Source: the human T2T-CHM13v2.0 reference genome, Homo sapiens
Reading direction: 5' to 3' (one strand)
DNA: 64,000 nt
Assembly (NCBI RefSeq): GCF_009914755.1
Contig: NC_060926.1
The notes beneath the pieces were generated by a model. The model was not told the origin of the DNA and did not search any database. It saw nothing but the letters and a program-made list of their open reading frames with translations. Of the stretch, positions 1 to 15,005 are shown in pieces (positions within the stretch are counted from its first letter, which is position 1; every line of letters begins with the position of its first letter). The position numbers were made by a program, and so were the translations under genes.

Positions 1-1254
1 GTACATTGGGAAATACTGAAAATTCACATAGCCATATTTAAAGTAAAAGGCATTATTTATTGAATTTTGAGCTTTTACACTTTTAAATTACTAGCTGCTG
101 ATAGCTTCCTAGATGTGATTTAGTATTTGTACATAGTATTTGTGGAAGCTTTTTACAGTAACCTTCAACTGAATGCAAGTTTAGTTTTGAAACATTCCTT
201 ATAGATACACAAACGTTTCATCACACTTGACTCAGTTTTGAATATTACCCAGCCAACACTGGCATTCTGGCTGTTTTTGCAATTAACCTCTAGCCTATTG
301 ACAACAGCACTTATAATTATTATATTCCATATTTATGAAATAGACTATGTCAACTGAAATAATAGGCTATTGATTCGAATAGCCATTTTAAATGCAATTG
401 AAAATCCAATCAGTTTTCGCAAAACTACTGAATATTCATTTACTATACTTTTGTGCTCCATTAATAACAGTTCTTGCTTCATCTTAGAAACGTTAGACAG
501 TATTTTATTTAGCATTCATTAGATAACAAACAAAGGCCTACCACATTTTTATTTCAACAAGAGTTGAAAGAGATTGCCTTTATGGAATATCTTAAACATG
601 TTTTTTTTTCCTTTTGATATAATTCATCAAATTACATTTGAAAGTGTCATCTGATGGTGGAAATATGTCCACTTTAAAGATTAAGATTCTCCATACTCAG
701 TTTGACTCAATAGTTAGAGGATCACACATAAGGTTATTCAAGTTACTTCATGTGCTACATTGATACATTTTATTTGAGTAATTTAGGGGGTGGCTGTTTG
801 AAGATAAATGCTTTCTTTTATATCTCATCTAAGTTTGTCATAGAATCTTTAAAGTAAGGCATCTGATCACATTTTACTTAAAAAGAAGTATTTCTAAATT
901 CAATGACTACTTTAAGAAATTTAAATTTTCAATGTATTGTTTTAGGTAATTGATATCTCTAAACAACATTTTTTGAGAGCTTGTTATATGTTAAAATTTG
1001 TGTTAAGCTATTATTTTATTTAATAATAGTTTAAATCTTTTAATTGTAGTAACTAGAAATATGCAGATATTTTTTCTCTTCAATGACTTTAAGAAAATAT
1101 ACATTTTATTTATAAAAAGGCATGTTATTAAAGGAAGTATTATTTTATTTTAAAGAGTGATAAACAAAATATACATTTAGTTATTTGTGACAGTGGAACT
1201 GAACTAGATTCAATTTCTTCCTTTCTGTATATTAAAGTCCAGAACATATGACAT

Positions 1255-2495
1255 TTCCCATCCATCTATTTATCAGACATTACTTTATCCAATAAATATT
1301 TATTTTGTCCTATTATGGCATTTGCAGGCACTGCTTAAATGAAGATGAATTACAGTCTATGATCTGAAGGAGCTTATAGCCAGTAATGTAAATAAAACAT
1401 TATAATTCATTTTGAGAAATGATTTAACAGTAGTATGTGTATGATCACAAAGGAAGGAATAACAATATGGTATGACCATGTGCAACTATAGTCACTTGTA
1501 GTGAATGAATACCTGGGTAAAGAAAATGACAAAAAGGAATATAGGCATTGCAACATTGTATGCCAGCACTCAAAGCATGGAGAATTTCTAGCAATTCCAT
1601 GTGCACCTAAGTATGGGATTCAAGAGCAGGAGCAGCAAATACTTAGGTTTAATAAATAAAATGGGTGAGATCCAGAAATGCTCTGAACCTAGGAACTTAG
1701 ATTTATCTTATAGTTGCTAAGGAGATTGAGTGTTTTGCAGTAGTTAAGTGAATAAGATTTTAGTTTGAAATACATAATTCCAGAAGTTTAATCCATATTA
1801 AAGAGGACTGAGAATGGAAACAAGGGGAAAAATAGGACAAAATTTTAGTTGCCCAGAGGAGATTAATGAGGTCTGCCATGAAGACTATCTTAATTCACAG
1901 AAAGAGATGGGATAAAGAGACATGGAGAGGTAGTGTAAAGAGTGTTTGGTCAAAAATAAGATGGAAAAATGGAGTACAAGTGTATGAGCTACAGGGGAAA
2001 GTCTAAGACAATTCTTAGGTTTCAAGACTGGGTGCAATTATGCCACATTAAAATGGCAGATGTTGGTATCTCATAAATGACATAGGAAATTCAAGAGATG
2101 GTTGGAGGACGAAATGAACTCACATTTGGACATGTTAAATTTGAGAGGCCTATGTGAAATAGCAAAAAGATATAGAAAAATAGGAATTTAATCTTGGAAT
2201 TGAAGACTGATGTGAGTGCATATCTAGATATAGAGGTCATTGAAATATAAGTGATTATTGATAGAAATATGTGAGCTCAATTCTCTTGGATGTGTAATAG
2301 AGAGGAGATGTAATAAAAATGCAGTCATAGCTTTTAATAGACAGGTACAGGAAGTGGAAACAGTGGTAAAGAATGCTTCATAAAGGTGTGATAAGATCCA
2401 TGAGCAAACCATGTCCTGGAAATCAATGGGAAGGAAAGTTTCAAACGAGAGGCAGAAGAGCAGAGTGAATGAGAATGTGACTCCTAGTAACAAAG
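1255..2495 (-). mobile_element. Degraded LINE-2 (L2) 3' fragment
   Basis: Begins with a reverse-complemented L2-tail-like motif (AATAAATATTTATT...GCAGGCACTG), followed by purine-rich L2-like body (TTTGGACATGTTAAATTTGAGAGGCCT). Boundaries approximate. Confidence 0.65.
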
Positions 2496-2519
2496 AGTTT
2501 TATCTCTAATTACAATTTC

Positions 2520-2700
2520 CTACCATTGTGATCTTGGGCAAGACTTCATGGAGAGTGATTTTCTCTCTCTGAGTTTCATTTCCTCAGCTGTAAAATTGGA
2601 ACAATAATGGTTTCTGTCCTTTATAATTGTTTTAAGGATTAATAATATAAAGCACAATGCCTGACATATGATAAGTAACCAACAAAAGCTTCTCAATATT
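2520..2700 (+). mobile_element. MIR SINE
   Basis: MIR core-like TGTGATCTTGGGCAAG...TCTGAGTTTCATTTCCTCAGCTGTAAAATTGG and tail AAAGCACAATGCCTGACATATGATAAGT. Confidence 0.75.
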
Positions 2701-5700
2701 AGGAAGAGGTGGTTAATCATTGCAAAATTTCGAACAGGAAAATGAGAGAAGTCTCCATCTGATTTGGCATGCAAGTGGCGATAGGTAGTTATCTTATACT
2801 TTCTTTTCAATGACAAAACTCATGGTATAAGATGAAATACAAAATGTAGATCATAGAAACTCATTCTGTTTTATTTTTTTCAAGAGTGGAGGCTAATTCT
2901 GCTCACTGTAGATTGTCAGAGATACAAAAGTCCCTTGCTGTTAACATGAAGATGCAGGCACTTAGGGAGAAAGCACCAATATCAGAATAGAGAAAATTGT
3001 CAATATGAATAATCATCCTAAACCATCTAAAGGCCAGTTGAATATATTGATATAGTTTTGATGTAGGAATAACTGACACTGCATTTCACGATGCTCTGAA
3101 GGGAATATAAGGCAATGGAGAATGTTTGTCTGATCATTCTGTTGTATTTTTCTATCACTTCTCTTGCCACTTTCCTCCTGGGTTGAAATTACAAAAGGCA
3201 TATGGAAAAAAAAAAAAAAAACTAAACAAAGCTTGTTTTATTACTTGACTGCCTCATAAAGGTGATTGCTGCTATCAGCAGTGCCCAGGGCTTATTTTCT
3301 TCTGTGAAGGTTGAAATGGGAAAAAGAAGCACAGGACACAGTTGCGTTGCTAGCACCATCCCAGATGGGAAATAGAGAAGTGAGTGAGCTTATCTCTAGA
3401 CAGCATTTGATATGTTTGATGAAGATTGCCTTTGATGTATATAGATTATCTTCAATGAGTTATGTTTAATACAATTCAGAAAATATAAAATATGTATTCA
3501 GTAATGATAATGAATTATGATAATCTTTTGCAAGCCTGATAAGACATCATTCCGAAATTAGTAGTACTTATCTGTTCACTCTGTGTACTAGAATTTTGAT
3601 AGCAAAATTAAATTGGTGTTCTTAAAGTCCAGGTAGCTATATAAAATCATTCCTTTAATTTAAGACTTTTCAAATTAGCAAAATTATTAATGAAAAATGA
3701 GTAAATAAACTTTATAAAATGGAAACAATATGCCATTTATATAAACATGATTATTTGTTTGACAAATTTTAAATAGTATATACATGGCACTCATATTAAC
3801 TTCCAATTTCTTCTTACTATGTAAATGCTGAAAATACCTGTGCAGATACTGTTAAAAATGTGGTCTTTTTTCTCATTCTCTCAGTGTTCATTTCTCTCAT
3901 TGTCTGAGTTTTGATGACATATTTTTTTGTAGCTCATTGTATTCTACAGTAAAACCCTGCCTTTGTTGTTTGTTTAGTGATATAAGAACACTAGCTTTGT
4001 TGTTAGGCAAATGTGTTCCTAGTACTAGCACCACCAGTGACTGGTGGGCAAGTCACCCACCCATTGTAGCCTTGATTTCTGCAAAAGGGAATACGGTATA
4101 CCTTAAATATTTATTTGAGGACTGCATAAAATATTGTCTATAAATTGCCTACCACAATGTTTGATGTATTATATAAGTTTTATCATTATTATTGTGATGA
4201 TTATCTTGATCATTTTCCCAGTTGAATAATATTATTAATCTCTGTATCAGTACATGCTCAAAGTTCAGATTTTCATATATCAAAGTCTTAATCAACTGTA
4301 TTAATTATTGTTACTTCCTCTAATAATGTTTTCTTACAATGCCTAATGCCAAAAACTTATAATTTTCAATAAATTTTTTCCAAATTAAGATCCAGTTCTT
4401 TAGTTTATTGTCTCATTCTTCTGGTCATTCTTTGAATGTTTCCTCTTTCTCAGTTTTCTCAGTGTTATGTCCTCTCTGCTGTGATATCTTCTAGTTTACA
4501 ATCTTTCCTTTCAGATGGAAAGCATAACTTTTAGCCTGCACCTGTTCCTAAAGTGAACTCTCTCATGCTGGAGAACTATGGGTGTCTTTATACCTTATCT
4601 GTGTTTTAGCAATACCAAGTTTTATTGACTAATTATTTCATATTCATAATAAAATAATTTGCACATGTGTATCATATGAAGCATTGTCTTAACTATGTCT
4701 TTAATTATTTTGAGGTTTTTTTTTTTTTTTCAGAAACAAACTAGAAGGAAAATGCAGAGACAAAGAGCAGAGATCACAGTGAGAAGAAAGGCATATTTGT
4801 CATCTAAAAGTGGCAATATTGCTTTACCGGGACAGTGGAATTTTGATTCTGGATTTTTCTGGCAATTACACTGCTATACACTCCCTAGAGGGAGAGGGCT
4901 ATTTTATAAGGATGATGCTTTAACTATGTCAAAAGAAATACTAGAACCTTGCTCTAGACATGATTGATGATAGTCTTTCAAGAAGTAACCCAAACTATCA
5001 GTGAGAAAGACAAAAGGGTGTGACTTTTCTCTAGCTTCTGTAGCTGGACCAGCAATTACTTGACAGGATACATTATTTTAAGTTGTTCATTTTCATACAG
5101 AAAAGGTGGTTAAAATTTTTGGCTATTTCCACATAAAGGAAGTGAAATAGGCATTTGAAAATTTGTAAAATAAAATAGGGATTTTCTGTTGGGAAATGGA
5201 GGTTAAATTGAAGGTTGAGTGACCATTTTTTTCAATATTGATAAACCGATAGCATTTTCTTGTGTGGACATAGTTTGTGTTCTACCTATTAGCAGTCTGT
5301 ACATTTGCCTCTTCAAAATAGCATGATGACATTTCTTGTATTTTCCTTGGACAATACTTAATATAGTGCTGAAAAGAATTTTTCATCAAATAAAAGTTTT
5401 TACGGATGCTGCTTCTAAAAATATGCTTTCCTTTGTGAAAGTTTTTTCCTTTGATGGTTTTTGGTTATCATGAAAATGAATTACCGCAATTACAAAGTAT
5501 ATAACTATATAATTTATACAAACAACACATGCCATTTGAATAATTTATTTAATAGAAACTTTTAAATATATGGACTGTGTAGTGCTATATACTAGCAATC
5601 CAAGGTCTGCTCTTAATACATACATTTTTATGTCCATTAACAGTAATCACCTGGACCTATCTTCTACTAATTGTAATTAATATAAGCACACTTTCAATCT

Positions 5701-5959
5701 TTGCCCTTTTCATTATAAGTGCATAAGAAACACTTTGCAAAAGAGATAATGTCTTGAATAAATTGCATTGTCTCAACAGAAACTGGCCGGAAAAAAATTG
5801 TCAGGAAGGTTCAATTAATAAAAGCAATGCTATATGTAAGATTTTTATATCTAATACATATTTTCATTTTATATATAGTTTTATTTTTAACTCTAGGCAT
5901 ATTTTCATGCATATTTCCTTGAAACTGTAATTAGGATATCAATAGGACATATGTCCATT

Positions 5960-6158
5960 AATAAACGTTTTTGTAATTCATACCATGTTCCAGATGCTAG
6001 TCTTTACAAATATATCTTTTAAATATTGGTTAGAATATAAATATTAACTTTTTAAATTAAAATAGTAATCCTAGGAGGTGGTAATTCTTATTTTACAGAG
6101 GAGGAAACTGAGACACTCAGTGGTGAAATAATTGCCTGTGATCATACACCTAATAAGT
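5960..6158 (-). mobile_element. MIR SINE, interrupted by MER6A
   Basis: Reverse MIR core ATTTTACAGAGGAGGAAACTGAGACACTCAGTGGTGAAATAATTGCC. Confidence 0.75.
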
Positions 6159-6159
6159 A

Positions 6160-6667
6160 CAGTAAATCCTCAATATCGTTAAATAGGTTCTTGGAAACTG
6201 CAACTTTAAATGAAGCAATGTATAACAAACCAATTTTACTATAGGCTAATTGATATAAACAAAATTAGATTCATTCCTATGGCTTATTTCTGATCATAAA
6301 AAAAATCACCAAACTTTTAGACAAAGATCTAAAACACTTCTAGTATTAAACGTTAAAGAAAATGTGAGTTATACATAAATTTAAGAAAGAGTAGTTAAGT
6401 AAGACAATAGTTTACCCGCTTACTTCAGTTCAGGGTCACAGATCACTGAAGCATCTCTTGGCAGCTCAAGGTGCTAGATGGAATCCACCCTGCACAGGAT
6501 GCACTTCCATTATAGGACGCCCACACACACACACACACAGACTCACTGAGGCGGAGACCATTTAGACATACCAATGAACCTAAGGTGCACATCTTTGGGA
6601 CATGAGTAGAAACCTGAGTATCTGGAGAAAACCCATGCAGACATGGGACAATGTGCAAACTCCACAT
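6160..6667 (-). mobile_element. MER6/MER6A (TcMar-Tigger DNA transposon fossil), one end missing
   Basis: Terminus CAGTAAATCCTCAA...ATAGGTTCTTGGAAACTGCAACTTTAA after a TA. The internal GGAGAAAACCCATGCAGACATGGGACAATGTGCAAACTCCACA and the (CA)n tract match MER6 as recalled. Confidence 0.85.
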
Positions 6668-7169
6668 AATTTGTGACTTTTGCGTCCGTTAACTTTCCAG
6701 CAGTATAATTCTGACTTTCTTAACTTAAATGGTTTTTCAGTAATGAAATGTGTTTTGTTGGATTGTTTCTCATTCATATTAGGGCCTAGGGATATTATTT
6801 TTTTAACTCGAATTTGAAACAGTGTCCCGAACACTGATTCACTATGTGCTTGAGATCTCCTAATAACTCAGGACGTTTTGTTGCTGGATTTCATGATATA
6901 CACTAATGATTCCCTTTGTTTCAGAAACTGCACAGCACCCTCTCAGACTTCCCATTGACCTTCTCTCAGAACTTGTTCTACCCAGACCTAGTCATCTTCT
7001 CCCGGTGACCCTGTGTCCAGATTTTAGCTAAGTGATTGAAAAATGCATTTAAATAGATTGATAGTGGAGACTAATGGCTTCTTTTTAACATTTATATTTG
7101 ATCATTTCTTAAATTAGAAGAACAAGTGAGGCAGCAGAGTAAAGAGAGATAATATGCAAAAATGTAGAA

Positions 7170-7320
7170 CAGTGGTTGTCAAAATTTTCAGTGCATTAGA
7201 ATCACCAGAAGGATCTGTTAAAATAGATGACTGGGGTCCCATTCCCAGAGTTAATTTCTAAAATGTTCCCAGGTGATGCTGATGCTTCTGGTTTGGGGAA
7301 CTACACATTGAAAAACACTG
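7170..7320. mobile_element. MER5A (hAT-Charlie MITE)
   Basis: CAGTGGTTGTCAAA...GCATTAGAATCACC...TTCCCAGGTGATGCTGATGCT...ACATTGAAAAACACTG with imperfect terminal inverted repeats. Confidence 0.8.
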
Positions 7321-8133
7321 ATATAGAGCTTCATACATTATCAAGACACAGAATGGGACCTGTACCTCCCTGTTATTGCTTTCTTGTAATTTAAGAGGAT
7401 TAAGAGCTGTACTGTATATCATCTCATTTCTATCTTGTGTTAGCAATGACAAAATTTAAACTTCTTCAAATATGAGTTCCTGTCTGCTAGTTATCTATCA
7501 TTTTAACCACAGACGTTTACTAAAAAGAAAAGAAAATTAAGCTTTTGGTGTGGGCTGAGGTGAGTCAGAGGTGAAATGGTGGATAATGATGTCTTAGGGG
7601 TCTTTAGAAGTTCACTGGATTAAAATGTATTCAGTAAGTAGGAGGCTTGCAGGAAGTGGAAAAGATGACTTCTTAAGGCTGCTCTATTAATTTCATTTTC
7701 TATAAAAGACAATATAGTAAAAACTAGGAATTATGTATAAGGATTTAAAAAGGAAATTTTGAGAAAAATAAAATGTGAGTAATGATAATATTTAGATAAA
7801 ATTCTTTTTCTGCTCATAAAAATTTTTGCACTATTTTCTGCATCGAATGGTAGCTCAGAAAGTAATTTGTTTTCCCTCTACCGTCTTTAAGGGTATATTA
7901 TTGTCAAATTTTAATTTGAATTTGTATTACTTATTCAATAAATAATCTTGGATATTCACTCTGTCAGAAAGCATGGTATAGACTGGGCCAATACGCTCAC
8001 ATTATTTAATAAAAGTGTTATCAATTAAGGATCTGAAACAGTGCCTGAACACTGATAGCTGCTTGATAAATATTTTTAAGTTACGTTAAGAATAAATGAA
8101 CGGAACTAAGTATTTACAGAAATATATGGTCAA

Positions 8134-10301
<2,168 letters not shown>

Positions 10302-11723
10302 TCATCACTGGCGTATTTCACAAAGGAAGACCATTCTAAAGAGATGCTGCTCAGATATTTCATTCTATCTAGCTTCAGTGAATGTCTACATGAACTCACA
10401 TAGTTTTGATGGCAGATTCCTAAGCAGAAACTATATTCTTGCTTGTGTGTTGAGGCAGTTGCTTATGTCCCATTTCAAATTGCAAGCTAACCTTTTCAAA
10501 ATGTCAACACACTTACTTCCCATCTTTACAATCACCAGGAATTTACATTTATTCAGTAGCTTCACAGCTTGAGCACTGTGTAAAATTATTTTATTCTCTG
10601 AGAACCTATGTTCCAAAGAAGAACCATCCACCTCATATTTAAGATACTTAGAGATAACTGGCAAATAAATCTGTACAAATATTTCAGCCTACCTTTCAAC
10701 ATGCTACTCACTTGGGGATAGGAGAATTCTGTCATTTTGTTGATAAGTGAGTGTTTCAAAATGACTGTCTACTCATAAGTTAATTGTGAGCATATGGAGA
10801 GATGACATTCATTGAAGCTAGTGTGTGTGTATCTCTCTAAATCCTTATTCTTAAAATGAAGGGTCCCCTGCAAAGATTATTGGAAGAAAGTCAGATGACA
10901 TAGTTTCTAAAAACTTTATATAACATGGCTATGTAATTAAATTAATTTCCACTAAATTATGCTAGCTCAGACATTTGACTTATAATTGTGCAATTGTTGG
11001 AAAGCCAAATTACATCAGGTTGCACAGACAGCAAGTTATTAAATAAGACATTAGCAGATATCAGATGTTATTATCTGTTTCTTAAAATGTTCTGTTTTGT
11101 AGAAGTTAAGCATCAAAAGTTTTTGTATCACTGAGAATGATGAAATTAACTATATATGAGAATCATCCTAAAGACCTATCTTCAAAAATTGCAGGACATG
11201 TTCTAAGAGTGGGATTTCTATTGTATGTTTGCCTATATGTCAATTGAGGAGAAACTTCTTTTATTATTATTACCTTGATTTGAGGACAAAGTTCATTGGC
11301 CAGTGAGGTTCAGGTCACTTTCCTTCCACCTGAATTCAAGATCCTACTAGATTAGATTCCAGATAGACAGTCTTCACCGTCAGGCTAATTTGTTATCACA
11401 CTCTGTATTTCTTCAACCCAAAATACACTTTTCTGTTCCTAAAGGAAATGTAAATGGTAAAGAAAAAAGGAAAGTGATGTGTTTTCCAGTATTGTACATC
11501 CTTCTGTTCCTGAAGTGGCCATCAGAACACCACCGTTGGATTTATCAAACTGATGACTCCAGCAGCCCAGCAGAGAAAAAATAATCATGGTACTTTTCTG
11601 TATGCTGCTACATTGTTACACACACTTTACTGACAATAGTGATTTATTAATGTTACAAAACTAATACACTTATTTGGATTATTGTTTACCTCCTTCTCAT
11701 CTGAACTTTCGTATGCCAATTGA

Positions 11724-13984
11724 TTTTTTAAATTTTATTATACTTTAAGTTCTGGGATACATGTGCAGAATGTGCAGGTTTGTTACATAGGTATATGCCT
11801 ACCATGGTGGTTTGCTGCATCCATCAAACCGTCATCTACATTAGGTATTTCTCCTAATGCTATCCCTCCCCTAGCCCACCAGCCCCCAAGAAATTTGTAA
11901 ATTTGTTTAAGTTTTTGTAGATTTGGGATATTAGCCCTTTGTCAGATGGACAGATTACAAAAATTGTCTCCCATTCTTTAGGTTGCCTGTTCACTCTAAT
12001 GATAGTTTCTTTTGCTGTACAGAAGTTCTTTAGTTTAATTAGATCCCATTGGTAAATTTTGGCTTTTGTTGCCATTGCTTTTGGTGTTTTGGTCATGAAG
12101 TCTTTGCCCATGCCTAGGTCCTGAATGGTATTGTCTAGGTTTTCTTCTAGGGTTTTTATGGTTTTAGGTCTTTCATTTAAGTCTTTAATCCATCTTGAAT
12201 ATAAAGTGTAAGAAAAGGGTCGAGTTTCAGTTTTCTGCATATGGCTAGCCAGTTTTCCCAACAACATTTATTAAATAAAGGATCCTTTCCCCATTGCTTG
12301 TTTTTGTCAGGTTTGTCAAAGATGAGATGGTTATAGATGCATGGTGTTATTTCCGAGGCCTCTGTTCTGTTCCATTGGTCTATATATCTGTTTTGGTACC
12401 AGTACCATGCTGTTTTGGTTACTGAGCCTTGCAGTATAGTTTAAAGTCAGGTAGCGTGATGCCTCCAGCTTTGTTCTTTTTATTTAGGATTGTCTTGGCT
12501 ATATGGGCTCTTTTTGGTTCCATATGAAATTTAAAGTAGTTTTTTTCTAATTCTGTTAAGAAAGTTAATCGTAGCTTGATGGGGATAGCATTGAATCTAT
12601 AAATCACTTTGGGCAGTGTCGCCATGTTCACAATACTGATTCTTCCTATCCATGAGCATGGAATGTTTTTCCATTTTGTTTGTGTCCTCTCTTATTTCTT
12701 TGATCAATGGTTTGTAGTTCTCCTTGAAGAGGTCCTTCACATCCCTTGTAAGTTGTATTCCTAGGTATTTTATTCTCTTTGTAGCAATTGCGAATGGACG
12801 TCACTCATGATTTGGCTCTCCTTTGGTCTATCATTGATGTATAGGAATGCCTATGATTTTTGCACATTGATTTTGTATCCTGAGACTTCGTCGAAATTGC
12901 TTATCAGCTTACGGATATTTTGGGCTGAGATGATGGGGTTTTATAAATACACAATCATGTCATCTGCAAACAGAGACAATTTGACTTCCTCTCTTCCTAT
13001 TTGAATACACTTTATTTCTTCCTTTTGCCTTATTACCCTGGCCAGAACTTCCAATACTCTGTTGAATAGGAGTGGTGAGAGAGGACATACATGTCTTGTG
13101 CCGGTTCTCAAAGCGAATGCTTCCAGTTTTTGCCCATTCAGTATGATATTGGCTCTGGGTTTGTCATAAATAGCTCTTATTATTTTGAAATACATTCCAT
13201 CAATACCTAGTATATTAGGAATTTTTAGCATGAAGGGCATTGAATTTTGTTAAAGGCCTTTTCTGCATCTATTGAGATAATCATGTGGTTTTTGTCATTG
13301 GTTCTGTTACGTGATGGATGGTGTTTATTGATTTACATATGTTGAACCAGCCTTGCATACCAGGGATGAAGCCAACTTAATCGTGGTGGATAAGCTTTTT
13401 GATGTGCTGCTGGATTCAGTTTGCCAGTAATTTATTGAGGATTTTCGCATTGATGTTCATCAGGGATATTGGCCTGAAATTTTTTGTTGTTGTTGTGTCT
13501 CTGCCCGATTTTGGTATCAGGACGATGCTGACCTCATAAAATGAGTTAGGGAGCATTCTCTCTTTTTTCTGTTGTTTGGAATAGTTTCAAAAGGAATAGG
13601 ACCAGCTCCTCTTTGTACCTCAAGTAAAATTTGGCTGTGAATCCATCCAGTCCTGGACTTTTTTTTGTTGGTAGGCTAGTAGTTGCTGTCTCAATTTCAG
13701 AACTTGTTTTAGTTCTAGTCATGGATTCAACTTCTTCCTGGTTTAGGCTTGGAAGGGTCTATGTGTCCAGGAATTTACCCATTTCTTCTAGATTTTCTAG
13801 TTTATTTGTGTAGAGGTGTTTATAGTCTTCTCTGATGGTAGTTTGTATTTCTGTGGGATCAGTGGTGATATCCACTTTATCATTTTTTATTGCATCTATT
13901 TGATTCTTCTCTTTTTTCTTCTTTATTATTCTGGCTAGCAGTCTATCTATTTTGGTAATCTTTACAAAAATGAGTTCCTGAATC
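11724..13984 (-). mobile_element. LINE-1 (L1PA7-like) 3' portion with an ~0.7-kb internal deletion at ~11890
   Basis: 3'UTR TACTTTAAGTTCTGGGATACATGTGCAGAATGTGCAGG...CATCTACATTAGGTATTTCTCC; frameshifted ORF2 fragments 11860..12267, 12419..12631 and 12941..13240. Confidence 0.9.
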
Positions 13985-13985
13985 C

Positions 13986-15005
13986 AGCCAAGATGGCCGA
14001 ATAGGAACAGCTCCAGTCTACAGCTCCCAGCATGAGCGATGCAGAAGACGAATGATTTCTGCATTTCGAACTGAGGTACCAGGTTCATCTCACTGGGGAT
14101 TGTCAGACAGTGGGTGCAGGACAGTGGGTGCAGTGCATTGAGTGTGATCCGAAGCAGGGCGAGGCCTCACCTCACCCAGGAAGCGCAAAGGGTCAGGGAA
14201 TTCCCATTCCTAGCCAAGGAAAGGGATGACAGATGGCACCTGGAAAATCGGGTCACTCCCACCCTAATACTGCACTTTTCTGATGGTCTTAGCAAATGGC
14301 ACACCAGGAGATTATAACCCACACCTGGCTCGGAGGGTCCTATGCCCACAGAGCCTCGCTCATTGCTAGCACAGCAGTCTGAGATCAAATTGCAAGGCGG
14401 CAGCGAGGCTGTGGGAAGGGCGCCCACCATTGCAGAGGCTTGAATAGGTAAACAAAGCAGCCGGGAAGCTCGATCTGGGTGGAGACCACTGCAGCTCAAG
14501 GAGGCCTGCTTGCCTCTGTAGACTCCACTTTTGGGGTCAGGGAATAGCCAAATAAAAGGCAATAGAAACTTCTGCAGACTTAAATGTCCCTGGCTGACAG
14601 CTTTGAAAAGAGTAGTGGTTCTCCCAGCATGCAGCTTGAGATCTGAGAACGGAGAGACTTCCTCCGCAAGTGCGTCCCTGACCTCCGAGTAGCCTAACTG
14701 GGAGTCACCCCCCACTAGGGGCAGACTGATGCCTCACATGGCTGGGTACTCCTCTGAGACAAAACTTCCAGAGGAAAGATCAGGCAGCAACATTTGCTGT
14801 TCACCAATATTCGCTGTTCTGCAGCCTCCACTGCTAATACCCAGGCAAACAGGGTCTGGAGTGGACCTCCAGCAAACTCCAACACACCCGCAGCTGAGGG
14901 TCCTGACTGTTAGAAGGAAAACTAACAAACAGAAAGGACATCCACACCAAAACCCCATCTGTACATCACCACCATCAAAGACCAAAGGTAGATAAAACCA
15001 CAAAG
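13986..15005 (+). promoter_or_regulatory. L1 5'UTR internal sense promoter (YY1 site) and antisense promoter; retains the ~129-bp ZNF93-binding segment
   Basis: YY1 motif CAAGATGGCC at 13989-13998. The segment at ~14750-14877 (TCCTCTGAGACAAAACTTCC...CCAGCAAAC) is the one lost in L1PA3-6030 to L1HS. Many CpGs have decayed to TG/CA. Confidence 0.75.
14167..14430 (-). CDS. ORF0: L1 ORF0-like antisense ORF, 87 aa, open; expression unproven
   Basis: MVGALPTASLPPCNLISDCCASNERGSVGIGPSEPGVGYNLL... resembles primate L1 ORF0p. Start codon in strong context GCAATGG (CAT at 14428-14430). Confidence 0.55.
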   Translation of the reverse strand: MVGALPTASLPPCNLISDCCASNERGSVGIGPSEPGVGYNLLVCHLLRPSEKCSIRVGVTRFSRCHLSSLSLARNGNSLTLCASWVR

